DNA of 64,000 nucleotides from Perkinsela sp. CCAP 1560/9 (taxonomy: Eukaryota > Protista > Euglenozoa: Kinetoplastea), in NCBI GenBank assembly GCA_965644495.1, contig CBFFSA010000001.1:124001-188000 (forward strand), given 5' to 3'. A model generated the notes under the pieces. The model worked only from the letters and a program-made list of their open reading frames with translations, was not told the origin of the DNA and did no database searches. The position numbers were made by a program, and so were the translations under genes. Below, one piece after another: positions 31,553 to 42,164 of this stretch. Each line of letters starts with the position of its first letter. Position 1 is the stretch's first letter.

Positions 31553-34090
31553 ATGACCCTGAACGCGGATCTACAAGAGGATTTGGCTAGCGTTTCTACT
31601 GCAAACATTGAAATATTGGACGTGGGAATATCCGACAGTTCAGAAGAGACACCTGAACAAATAATCATAAAACGGAAAATGCAGCTTAAGCGAGTGGAGC
31701 AGCATCAAAAAAAGGTTATGGTTGAAAAACAGGCTGAAATCCTTAGCGTAGTGTCCGGGGTTCAAAACATGCTTGAAAAAATAAAATCTATTCGAAAGAT
31801 TATCGTGAAATTTGGAAATCAACTGGAACACGTTAAACTCCTTACCTCGCTTCAGAAGCAGATAGCAAAGCAAGCTGGTAGGCTAAATAATACACGACGA
31901 GTTATTGAAGTAATGCGAAACATAACTCGCTTAGTTGATGCTACAGAAAAAGTAGAACGCAACATTCGTGAAAGGAAGTTCGCAGATGCAATTTCACTCT
32001 TTGAAAACTTTGAAGTTTCGCCTAATATTATGCGCTTGACATTTCTTACTGAAATTGCCCTAAAATGGCATCATATAACATCCGATTCGTTTCTTGCTTC
32101 GCAAGTTGAAACCTCGATAATACCAGAAGATCTGCTGTTCGATTCCGATTTTCAAGAGGAAAGTATTCAATCATGGTTCTGGCTATTGAGCAGACGAACA
32201 GGTTTTCATAGCAAAACGATCGCCGATGACTACGGAAAAAAATTGCACGCTTCCCTGAAAGCTGTTCTCAGAGATATAGAAAATGTTTCGTCCGACAGAT
32301 CTTTCAAAGATCATAATTTAAAATTTTCTACTGAGCACACCTTTACGGTATGCAGTTCTGCAATTGAAAAATATTTCCTAATTTTGAAATACGTTTCAGA
32401 ACTAGTTCAGTGGTACGAGCATTATGATCCTAGAACACCAAAGTTTTTATCGGAGAAGAAGAAAGAATACGAAATGTGCATATGCTCGCTACGCAAGTGC
32501 ATCCAGGTAAGTAAAAAACTTTATGTTCAAGAAGTGGTCACTGCTCTTTTACAAGCTTACAAGAGCTGTGAACAAACATCTATTGATCCCATCAATTTAC
32601 TTTTCCTAGGCTCGGCCGTGTTGTCATGTGTTGAATACGCCAAAGAGATTTCAGGGGTTGCACGTTCCTTTGTACTTGAAGCTGAAACCATGTTACATTC
32701 GACATTCTATGAGAGAATTCACGTCCTTCACCAGGTAAGTTTATGGAGGGCTTTAGCTAACGAAAGTTTTCAAAATATTCTACCAAGCAGTGTATTGGTC
32801 ATACTGCCCGAAGCACTGGGACATTGGAAACTGCAGCAATTCAAAAACGAACTTCATAGGCGTATTAAATCCAATCCACGATCTACCATTTTTTCCCTTT
32901 TAAAGATATTGGGTATCGAAAAGGAGCGAAAGAGGCGAGAAACGAAGAAACTGATTTGGACGAAATATATTCCTGCAAGCTCAAGTGAAACTCAAGAAAA
33001 TTTTGTTGTAGGTTTAAGTTGCTTAAGTAGTGCATTCGCAATCGGTACAACTTTGGCGCACTATATGTGCGATTGTGTTGGAAATTGTCCCTTTATTGCG
33101 AAAGGAGTTCTTTTGGGGGGTATGGAATTACTGTGTAGCACGTTTTATTTTATACTGCACACGTGCTACGTGCGTAAGAAATCGAGTTCATTTCTTTTTT
33201 CGCCAATAAAGCAACGGTCTGTGGAGGAAGATGCAGAACTTTCAAGTAGAGCTCGTAAGATCATAGTTCATGCAAAAAAAGCAGCAAATATTTCGCTACC
33301 CTCAAGCCACAGCTTTCCGATGCGTGTCTGTAGGCAGACTGACTCTGCATTACGTTCTGAAGAAACGCAGTATGGTGTTGCTTATCGATTGAATGCTTTT
33401 TGCTCCCTTGACAACTCATTTGAAACGTGTTTTCATGTTCAACAGAATTTGATTGTCCTTGATTTTCCAGAATCTATAGATGCACGCAACCTTCTTAAGG
33501 AAATGAGGAATGCGAAACAGGAAGTTCTAAACCTAGTGCTAAAGCGTATATGCATTTTAATGCTGCCCAAAAAACTATTTCGGGAAGAAGGCGCTGAATG
33601 TTTATACTTTAGGCGTGCGAGAGTAAAGCTGCACGACATTTGGAAACGTTGCACGGAGACGGAACGCAAATTCCCTAATAAAGAATCACATCAACTCTTT
33701 CTTCGTTGCACTATTCTTCATTTTTTCACATGCGTTTTAGATGGGGTAGTCAAGCAGAGGGGTACCCAAGTTGAGACCAGGGTCGTAGAAAGCCTTCTTG
33801 ATGACGAAGAAAACCTCATATACACGGAATTCAACTACACGATTCCAAGCGGAATTATGTTTTTTGCGAAGAATTACTTGTCAGCTGTACGATTAGATGC
33901 CAGAGGCATTCTAGAATGGGTGGAACAATGGCATCATTTGTACACCAAATCTCAGCTCCTTGCCATCCTTGCCTGCTGTTGTAATAAAACCGATGCTTTA
34001 CATCCTGTTGAATGGCAGACAACAAACATGAAAAGGATATTAAGCGAAGGCGGGCATCAAGATATATCAGTTTTTGATGTTTTTCTCTAG
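31553..34090 (+). CDS. VPS50: VPS50/syndetin-like (EARP complex) subunit
   Basis: N-terminal coiled coil (Vps54_N-like); C-terminal 'KNYLSA...ILEWV....H.YTKSQLLAIL' resembles the syndetin C-terminus; frame is open from 31475 (GTG), first ATG at 31553. Confidence 0.6.
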   Translation: MTLNADLQEDLASVSTANIEILDVGISDSSEETPEQIIIKRKMQLKRVEQHQKKVMVEKQAEILSVVSGVQNMLEKIKSIRKIIVKFGNQLEHVKLLTSLQKQIAKQAGRLNNTRRVIEVMRNITRLVDATEKVERNIRERKFADAISLFENFEVSPNIMRLTFLTEIALKWHHITSDSFLASQVETSIIPEDLLFDSDFQEESIQSWFWLLSRRTGFHSKTIADDYGKKLHASLKAVLRDIENVSSDRSFKDHNLKFSTEHTFTVCSSAIEKYFLILKYVSELVQWYEHYDPRTPKFLSEKKKEYEMCICSLRKCIQVSKKLYVQEVVTALLQAYKSCEQTSIDPINLLFLGSAVLSCVEYAKEISGVARSFVLEAETMLHSTFYERIHVLHQVSLWRALANESFQNILPSSVLVILPEALGHWKLQQFKNELHRRIKSNPRSTIFSLLKILGIEKERKRRETKKLIWTKYIPASSSETQENFVVGLSCLSSAFAIGTTLAHYMCDCVGNCPFIAKGVLLGGMELLCSTFYFILHTCYVRKKSSSFLFSPIKQRSVEEDAELSSRARKIIVHAKKAANISLPSSHSFPMRVCRQTDSALRSEETQYGVAYRLNAFCSLDNSFETCFHVQQNLIVLDFPESIDARNLLKEMRNAKQEVLNLVLKRICILMLPKKLFREEGAECLYFRRARVKLHDIWKRCTETERKFPNKESHQLFLRCTILHFFTCVLDGVVKQRGTQVETRVVESLLDDEENLIYTEFNYTIPSGIMFFAKNYLSAVRLDARGILEWVEQWHHLYTKSQLLAILACCCNKTDALHPVEWQTTNMKRILSEGGHQDISVFDVFL

Positions 34091-35247
34091 TAAGTGGTGT
34101 TTCGCGACATGTCCCCCCTACATACCACCGATATGATATTGGTATGATGTTTAGCTTGTACTAGGATATAAATGGTACATATCCTGTGAGAATTAAACTA
34201 CTTGCATACAATATTCATTATTCAATATCTGGACGTTTAAGACAAAAATAATCGTAGAACAACACGTTACCTTGGAATTTCCGTCTTTGATCATTAATAC
34301 GTGATATGTTTAGCATCGTTCTTAGTACTAGACAGGGAATTCTTTTTCTTATTCCGGCATACAGGACTACCGCTTTTGTACCCTACCTGACCTCCGCAAG
34401 TGAAACAAAACGTTTTGATTCTGCACGCGGCCGCAAAATGACCAACAAGTCCGCTGTTATAACATCGATTTTCGCGCAGGCGCTTTCGTTGGGGCAAACC
34501 CGACCCGAATGAATTATTCTTGAACAGTGTTTTCTTTACTCAGTAAAGCAAGCCTCAGTAATACTGAGGCAATGTGTGAATGTTCTTCTAAATATATTTT
34601 ACCTGCAGGTGAGCGCAGACGAGCTGTTGCTGCCATGACTTTACTTCCTTGTTCAATCGCTGAGCGAAGTGCTAACGCTGCCTCGTCTCCATCAAGCACC
34701 GTCTCGTTCGCGCTGATGGCAGTAAAGTCTACTTGGGCGCCACGATTTTTTGCCAGCTGTGTTAAAACAACAGCAGCCACCCTTTTCAATAGGTTCCACA
34801 CCATGCGATGCACCCTTAGTTCCATATATTTTTGTGGGAGTGGTCCTGGTCCTTCAAGAGTGATCACTTGGAACAGCTCACCGTCTGCTTCTTCAATCAA
34901 AATCTATTTTCTGTTGCATTGGACCCCCTGCAACTTGGTGTCTTTTTTGGGTCCATCCGGGTCCACTCGGGGCCACAGTGGCCTACTAGGGGGCATGGTG
35001 GGCCACTGCTACTGATGCTTGTTGATCATTTTGTATGTCGTCATTTTGTTTGTCGTTTCACTAGTCGGAGGCTAAATTCATGTTTTTTTAAGAAATCGAG
35101 CAATCCAACTTTCGCTTACGGCGGTAATGAAGCCATTCGAAGATTCAATGAGGTGTTCCTGAAGACAAAGGTTCGCTTCGTTGTACATAGACTCGAATGT
35201 TACTATCCTATGAGCGCTGCGTGCGCCTCGAATAAAAGCATCCACTA

Positions 35248-35950
35248 CAGAGGGGAAAAAGTTATGTCAACAAAAGTCGAGGCAACAAAAGTTGTGTCAA
35301 CAACTTTAATGCTTAATGCGAAAACGTGGTGAGGAACAAAAGTATGTTAAAAAACAGAATGGTTCTTTACTTTTGGTAAAATGGGTGCATACTCGCTCTT
35401 TTCCCTTGGAGCGAAGGTCACTTGACCATCGAGAGTGCGGTTTCAGGGGTATTACGTGACGCTCTAGCACTACCATCTCACTGATGGAGGGGACAAAAGT
35501 TGTGGCAACATAAGTTGTGTCACCAAAAGTCGTGTTACACCCCAGCCAAAAAGTATTGTAATTTATTAGTATTGACCACGAATTTTTGGTCGATACTAAT
35601 AAATACAATACTTTTTGTCGATTTCCACGAGTTGCCACTGGCCTCCAAAAAGTTGGACATTATCATATCGGATCTGTGTAAACGTATAGTGAAACATAAA
35701 AATAGGAGAGAAATCACTCAGCTTCTCTCGAGATGATCAAGTGGCCGCGTACATCAGAACTCATTATGCTAATTTCCTGAAAATTCGAAAAACAAAAAAC
35801 TAAAGTTCAGGTCAAAACTCAAAAAAATGGTCGATACTAACAAATACAATACTTTTTCTGTCGGCCTTTTTTGTGAACAATACTTTTTGGCGGGGGTGTA
35901 ATCCAAAAAATTAACACGACTTTTGGTGAAACAACTTAATTTCCCCCCTG
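35248..35950. mobile_element. MITE with TA flanks and ~15-bp subterminal repeats (CAACAAAAGTTGTGT)
   Basis: TA|CAGAGGGGAAAAAGTT ... AACTTAATTTCCCCCCTG|TA; CACCAAAAGTCGTGTTA / TAACACGACTTTTGGTG internal inverted repeat. Confidence 0.75.
35538..35898. mobile_element. Nested MITE inserted at a TA inside the 35248-35950 element
   Basis: TA|CACCCCAGCCAAAAAGTATTGT ... ACAATACTTTTTGGCGGGGGTG|TA (one mismatch). Confidence 0.85.
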
Positions 35951-36499
35951 TATACCTTTCAAATCTGAAAGCGGATGTTTTGTCCGCACCGAATGTCAAT
36001 TCGGTGGTAAGATTTTATGAGACCTTCCGTCTTCGGCCTTTAATCGCGATACTCATCTCTACTGCGACGGTGGCTTACGGCACCAACATTTGCTTTGTCG
36101 CTTTCAGAGCTTGGTTTGACGCTTTCTGCTTCAAGAACGCCGAATGTACTACTGCGTGATGCGATGCTCGGAGTTTCTGATGTAGCCTCCAAGGCAATCG
36201 AAACGGACGTTTCTTCTTATTCCCCAGCTTCTCCGAGGCGTGTGCTACCACTTCCCCTAACTCAATTTTGAAAATCAAATATATTTGTTTTTGCTAAAAA
36301 TATCTTTATAATTTCACTGTTTTTGTTCACTTTTTTTCCATAATCGAGGGTAGAACGGTAGTTATACAACCACCACAATAAGGTTTCATTATGAAGCTTT
36401 CATACCGCAATACACCATTGCCCCCTTCTTATGGGGTTTCAAGGAATATTCTCCTATGGAAATTCATATTTTTTTTTCGTGCTATCTACACTTTGCACT

Positions 36500-36796
36500 A
36501 TGAGTAGGTGCGTGCTTCCACTTCTACACGTATGCCAGAACTATTGCTCAACACGAAATGCGTACTGCAACTGTCGTAGGGCTTTTACAACTAAGAATAA
36601 TGGGACTCGATCTCTTTATGCTCCAAACTACACGCCGTTAGCAAATCTTGACACGCCAAATAGCAATGATATAATTAGCAAATTGGCAAAATCTTTCGTG
36701 AAGTTGAGCTTAGTTGAACTCGCTGAATTTTATAGAGCAGTAGACAATCCGCGGTTATTGGAACACCTGAAGTCTTCTTCGCAGAAAAATACATAA
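36500..36796 (+). CDS. Small mitochondrial-targeted protein resembling the bL12 N-terminal dimerisation domain
   Basis: Presequence-like N-terminus; IISKLAKSFVKLSLVELAEF resembles the L7/L12 'LTLLEAAEL' helix. Confidence 0.45.
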   Translation: MSRCVLPLLHVCQNYCSTRNAYCNCRRAFTTKNNGTRSLYAPNYTPLANLDTPNSNDIISKLAKSFVKLSLVELAEFYRAVDNPRLLEHLKSSSQKNT

Positions 36797-37057
36797 TACA
36801 CTTCTGATAATACAACTGTACATACTTCTGTATAAGCCCCCCGTATACATGTACATGTATGTACCGGTATGGTGTGTACCTGTGTGTTGGCCAGTGCCGT
36901 TTTGTTTATAGATTTCGAAGTGTAGTATGAGAACCACGCAATAACTGTGTTTTTGGGCGTGAAGATTTACCGCGGCCGTGTGAACACGAAGTTGATTTAT
37001 CTCAAAGCACTATAGAAATATTTTTCCACCCATTTTTTTTTCCTTATTTTTAATAAG

Positions 37058-37633
37058 ATGTTGCGTCGAGAATCCTTGTGTCTTGGACAGTATCCTCTAT
37101 ACAGCCAAAAGGCTTTGCCGCTTACATCACGACGCAAGTGGTGGGGAAATTGGGGTTACAAACGTTTTATGCATCGGCCTACCATGACACAGGCTGTTGG
37201 ACCTCATGTAAATATCATGAACGTAGACCGTGAATGGATGCATTACGCAATGGAGACAGGCGTACGCCAATGGGTGATGTATCGCAGAGTCTCATGGGGG
37301 GCTTCTCATGACCGTGCCAAGGCGGATACAATATTTTATCGCTCGCGTCGCGCAAAGTTGCTTAATAGAAATTTCAATGCATACATGCATTTTCGTATTC
37401 GCAAACTTCTTGAAGAGCAGGCTAATCTCTCTAACAAATACGGTCAGGCTGCCGTAAATCAGGCATTAGGCTCAGAACTTTCTGACCTAAAACAGAGCAC
37501 TGAGAAAAAGAAATGGGAGAACATTCGCTTTCGGATCCAAAAGCTTCCACCCTCACGACCGGTGACGAAACATATCATTACAATGAGACAAATTCACAAT
37601 GACCGTTTTAACAAAATATTCCGACAATATTAA
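37058..37633 (+). CDS. Basic mitochondrial protein (MLRR presequence), possibly a kinetoplastid mitoribosomal protein
   Basis: MLRR N-terminus typical of kinetoplastid mitochondrial targeting; highly basic, Trp/Arg rich. Confidence 0.65.
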   Translation: MLRRESLCLGQYPLYSQKALPLTSRRKWWGNWGYKRFMHRPTMTQAVGPHVNIMNVDREWMHYAMETGVRQWVMYRRVSWGASHDRAKADTIFYRSRRAKLLNRNFNAYMHFRIRKLLEEQANLSNKYGQAAVNQALGSELSDLKQSTEKKKWENIRFRIQKLPPSRPVTKHIITMRQIHNDRFNKIFRQY

Positions 37634-38287
37634 TGGCAAGAAGCACTTACTGTATGTACACGTATCGTGAGACAGGATTTATCAGTAACGGCAAGGAAAG
37701 TACTAATGCGCTTCGTTTGTGACTCCACCCTCAGCCAGACCTGGTCAATATGAAGCCTCATTCACCTCTATTGGCTCATACGAGCTGTGAAATCTTGTTG
37801 CTACCTGCCTCCCTCATCCTGTTCGTAATCATTCGAATCGGCGCGCTGAGGAACGATGGGGTAATACGACATAATGCGACGTTGCTGAGCATTATGCCGG
37901 ATTTGGATCGCGCTCTCGACGCGTACGGCCAAAAGCAGGTTATGTGAAATGCTTTTTGCAGCCTCACATACTGCTTGATAGTCTAGGTCTTTTTTCTGCT
38001 ATCTTTACGTTGTAGTGTTGACGGAAGTACCAACAGAAAAGTGAATTGTATCCTCAAAATTAGCAACACGAATTCCTTTTTTGCTCGCAATCAGGTTCTT
38101 ACTGATTGGTCTTTCTCCCCATTGACTACTCAGTAATCTCTCGCATTTAAAGAATTTGTAAACTTATAAAAGTTAAGTACATGTATTGTCGATACTTACT
38201 ACTCTACTTAAAATGCAATACATACATAGTGTAGCATGTTTCATCAAAAAAGAAACGTTACATTCTACAGCGTATGAGCGTCTCGCT

Positions 38288-39646
38288 ATGAACGAAACAA
38301 TTGAAAAAGCTCTCTTGGTTAGATTAGCACATGAACTGAAATGTCCTGTATGCACGAATGTGTTTTTAGATGCTCCATATTGTTTTCTTTGCGGACATTC
38401 GTTTTGCAAGACGTGCGGCGATCGCTGCATAGATATCTCAGGGGAATGTCCGCTTTGTCGAATTAAAGTCACGCGGCGTTCCGTATGTGCAGTACCCTTG
38501 CTGGGAAATATTGCGAAAAGTATTCGTCACGAGGCAACGACCCACCAATGGACAGAACTTGCCACTCAATTTAACTTTTCACCAAACCCACGTGTTAGTG
38601 AGCAAGTATCTAAAAAGGAATCCATTTCCCGTTTTTCGCCGAACCTTTCTCTTCCTCCCACGGACCAGTTAAGTGCGCCGTCCTATCACTGTGAATGTGC
38701 ACAGCGATCCTTATTTCAGATATACCCTAACAACGGTCTTCCAGACGACCCTTCAATGTTTTCTACAAGTTCTCACACGGGAAATATTTTGCTCATGTCT
38801 CAACAGGTAATGGGTTTAAAGGCGCGACAAGCATTTGAGCTGAAAGTTTCTTCAGAGGAAGATCAATCAGACGACGATAAAAGGGATACAGACTTGCAAG
38901 GAACGAGTTTGTTAAGGAGCTCTTCCCCTTCCTTATTGACTCGTTCCCAAAAGGATAATGTCTTTCCATTAAATAAGGAAAATGAAGTGCAGGTTGATAC
39001 AACTCGCGTAGACGAGCACAACATGGTTGAACGGGTAGAAACTTCGTCCGAGAATCACGCTAGGAACACTGTCCCCACTTGCGCGCTCTGCCAAATTCGG
39101 TTTGAAAACCATGAGGAGTTCAATGCATTCTTTGAGAGACTTCAAGTGTTAGGTTGCTTGAAGCACGCTGTGTTGAACTCTTCTTCTAAATCAACCCAAA
39201 TAAGCATAGAATCGATATTCAGTAAGGTGGAAGGCCCATTTCACATAAAATTGAAGTCATCAATGGCAAAGAACGAATTCCTCGCGGCTAGCACTCCGCC
39301 CAAAAAATATCACTCCGATTCTCACGTTACCATATTTAAACATAAGCTAGCTTGGAATACAAAAAGTGGATACGTAGATCTGTACGCACATCATTTTTGC
39401 CTTTTATGGTCGTCTCAAGTAGGTGTACGGAATGGGAATCTCACCAAATGTGAAAGAGCGCTTTCAAAGGGTTGTGTTACGAAATGTAAAGTGTGTGGTG
39501 AGTTTGGCGCTACTGCACGCTGCACAGTGAAAGGCTGTACAAAATATTTCCACGCAACATGCGCTCACTTCAGCACCCAAGCAACATGTCTAACCGGTGA
39601 AAACAAATACGAATTAAAGTGTCTGTTACACGGAGAAAAATGCTAA
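38288..39646 (+). CDS. RING plus extended PHD (zf-HC5HC2H) protein, BRCA1/BARD1-like architecture without BRCT
   Basis: C3HC4 RING CPVC...CGHSFC..C...CPLC; C-terminal CALC...HHFCLLWS...CKVC...GATARC...C.KYFH..CA...C..H; alternative ATG at 38213. Confidence 0.8.
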   Translation: MNETIEKALLVRLAHELKCPVCTNVFLDAPYCFLCGHSFCKTCGDRCIDISGECPLCRIKVTRRSVCAVPLLGNIAKSIRHEATTHQWTELATQFNFSPNPRVSEQVSKKESISRFSPNLSLPPTDQLSAPSYHCECAQRSLFQIYPNNGLPDDPSMFSTSSHTGNILLMSQQVMGLKARQAFELKVSSEEDQSDDDKRDTDLQGTSLLRSSSPSLLTRSQKDNVFPLNKENEVQVDTTRVDEHNMVERVETSSENHARNTVPTCALCQIRFENHEEFNAFFERLQVLGCLKHAVLNSSSKSTQISIESIFSKVEGPFHIKLKSSMAKNEFLAASTPPKKYHSDSHVTIFKHKLAWNTKSGYVDLYAHHFCLLWSSQVGVRNGNLTKCERALSKGCVTKCKVCGEFGATARCTVKGCTKYFHATCAHFSTQATCLTGENKYELKCLLHGEKC

Positions 39647-40107
39647 GAACACTATCTTTACTTGTAGAGAAACAAAGAATTGCTAGCATATCGTTCTGCG
39701 CACAGGTCCTACTCATTTCTGAAAGGAAATGTAGGCAGAAAACAGTAAATCTAGTATGTAATAGTTCAACTACACTTGGTCTGATAATAGAGTTTAACTA
39801 CAACCGCTATGTATCACTGTTTAACTACAATGGGTACACAATGGATGTACACTGCTGGCGAACGATAGGTTGAGCTAAATAGGTTGAAGAGTTCACATTC
39901 GCTAACGAGTTGGATCACCTTGCCTACTCTTGCTTGCTTGAGTATTTTTTAAATTTTGTCAGCATTTAGCGTGGCCCCTGACAAAAGAAACAAAGGGGCA
40001 TATTTTCGTGCACCCGCCCTGGATTTGTAGTCTTCAAAATAAAACATAATGATGATGCTATTGAATAGTACAATATACATTCGATGATTCGACCGTTAAA
40101 AAATGTT

Positions 40108-41327
40108 GGTCAAAGTCAAGCATTATTTCACACTTTCAGAAAAATCTCATATTGACTGGTCATATTGACTTTTATAAAATTTGTAGCACCTTAAACCTCT
40201 CTTCGAGTTATCTTAAACGCTAGCTTAAACTTATTCTAGAACGATTTCCACGTTCTCGCAATACCACTTCACGTCTTGAAACAGGCGACGGAGGGCATGA
40301 CCGTCTTGTTCTCCTCTTTTCAGCTTGCCGTTTACAACTTCTCCGGCGAACTTCAGCCGGTTGTCTCGCGCTTCTACTCCACTACCAAGTGTGCCGTTGC
40401 CCCGCATGCGGACTTCTTTTTTCAACATCCCGTTCATGCGCTAAGCAGTCTGAGTATGCACCCCGGTGACAGGATCAACCCAGTGAAGGCGATGGTTTAC
40501 TGTTCCATGGTTGAGTCTGTTGCCCAAGGCATTGCTGCCTCTCCATCCATCCGTGTGAACAATGGTACGTTCGCTTGCGGCCAGTGCAAACACAGGGTCA
40601 TTAGTCGAGGAACTACGGCGGTCTTCCAGCGTGCTTACAAATATCTGCTCAGCTTTCCGAGAACGAGAGGTCTGTGTCAGGACGTTTGCCCAGGTTGATC
40701 CCCCCTGGCGAATGCGGGCTGGTCGGTTATTACCCCCCCTTTTTGGCTTAGAAAAGCAAGTTTCGTCCTTCTGCATGATAGTAACAGTGCCTCGTGCAGC
40801 CGCAGTTCGCATTTCATGAACGGAAGCAACAATACGTTCCAACTTTTTTGTCAATTCTGTGACAGTTTGACTACTTAAAAGTGTTTCCAGAGTCAATTGA
40901 TCACGACCATTGCCGTTCGCCATACCATATAGAACTTGAAGAATTTGGCTTGGTGTTCGGCGACCGAAGGAACTTAAGAGTGGCTCCATGTGGTATGTAC
41001 GACTCCGACACAAACGATCAGGGCAGACCCAATGATCGCCTTTCCGCACGCAAATGCGAGTTTCATGCCGCTTGCTACAGCTGACGCTCTGGAAAACAAG
41101 TTTGTGGCCTTTCAACCACTCGACAATATCAGTTTCGGGGGCGCGGGCGAGCACACTATAGCTAATACTGTCTGTACATTGGAAATTGGGGCAAAACGAG
41201 CAATCCATCGAGAATAGTGTAGAAATATGCGAAAAATATCCTAAAAAACACTTTGTAAGTAAAATATGATCAAATGAGAACATCAACAAAAAAGTTTTTT
41301 TTTGTGAAATAATGCTTGACTTTCACC
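40108..41327 (-). mobile_element. Complete Merlin/IS1595 DNA transposon: 25-bp TIRs, 8-bp TSD AAAATGTT, transposase with a nonsense codon
   Basis: GGTCAAAGTCAAGCATTATTTCACA / TGTGAAATAATGCTTGACTTTCACC (24/25); AAAATGTT on both sides; ORF 41289-40441 (KDETCF, HTDGWRG, VNH, GVHTQTA-TAG) continues in frame as 40437-40231. Confidence 0.95.
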
Positions 41328-41379
41328 AAAATGTTTTAATAGTATTGCGTAGAATTTTATGTGGTAAAGATAAACTATT

Positions 41380-41808
41380 ATGAGTGACGAAGAATATTCT
41401 AATCCTCGGGCCGCTGGCCATGAAGAGGAATCTTCTGAGCCAATGAGTGCTCATTCTGGTCCCCCCACTACGGAGCCAAATACCGAGCAAATGCCTGGAG
41501 AGGACAGAAGCGGGCAAACACCCACTGTTAAGAGAGAAGCTTCGCCCACCGATTCCACTTATCAACTCTCTCTGAAAGTCGTCAACGCAGAGGGAGCTGA
41601 GGTTTTCTTTAAAATTCGTCGTCAGACGCAACTCCGAAAGCTGATGGATGCGTATTGCAAAAAGCAAGGAATGGCTCGTACATCCGTACGCTTTCTCTAT
41701 GACGGGAATCTCATAGCCGAGGACAGCACACCAGAGGACTTGTCTATGGAAGACGATGACGTAATCGATGCCATGGTAGAACAGATAGGTGGGATGAACT
41801 ACATGTAA
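41380..41808 (+). CDS. SUMO: Small ubiquitin-like modifier precursor
   Basis: LKVVNAEGAEVFFKIRRQTQLRKLMDAYC...RFLYDG...TPEDLSMEDDDVIDAMVEQIGG|MNYM. Confidence 0.97.
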   Translation: MSDEEYSNPRAAGHEEESSEPMSAHSGPPTTEPNTEQMPGEDRSGQTPTVKREASPTDSTYQLSLKVVNAEGAEVFFKIRRQTQLRKLMDAYCKKQGMARTSVRFLYDGNLIAEDSTPEDLSMEDDDVIDAMVEQIGGMNYM

Positions 41809-42164
41809 CTTGAATAATTATTCCGTTACTTCGTCTCGATTATGGGCTACACCTGGAAGCATGCCTGGACTATGTGTTTTGATGTTCGTTTCTCGATAGA
41901 TCGATCGGTAAACTGGATAACAGAGAACTGGAGACGGTGTCAAATGTAATAGTCTACTAAAAATAAGAATTCCTCATGAATACGGATTTTTCTTAAAGTA
42001 GTTTAACGTGAAACTTAATGTGAAATTGTAATGCAAGGTTTTTCAAGATTTTTTCAAACATTTTTCACAAACATTAAGTCTTTGTATGTCTCCATAGAGT
42101 TTTTTTCTTCTGCAAAAGTCGTTTTTGAGCTTTCTTGTCTCACTTCTTAGGTGCCTTTTATCTT

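Larger units (their letters stand above)
34294..36278 (-). pseudogene. Decayed gag/ORF1-like retroelement relic with two degenerate CCHC knuckles, interrupted by nested MITEs
   Basis: RCYNSGLVGHFAAAC...CFTCGGQVGYKSGSPVC at 34294-34497; adjacent minus-strand fragments 34514-34900 and 36075-36278; antisense to the host genes. Confidence 0.5.

Noticed and set aside
40441-40443. In-frame TAG as a sign of a reassigned genetic code
   Set aside because: Host genes end normally at TAA/TAG/TGA and have no internal stops; a nonsense mutation in a TE is simpler
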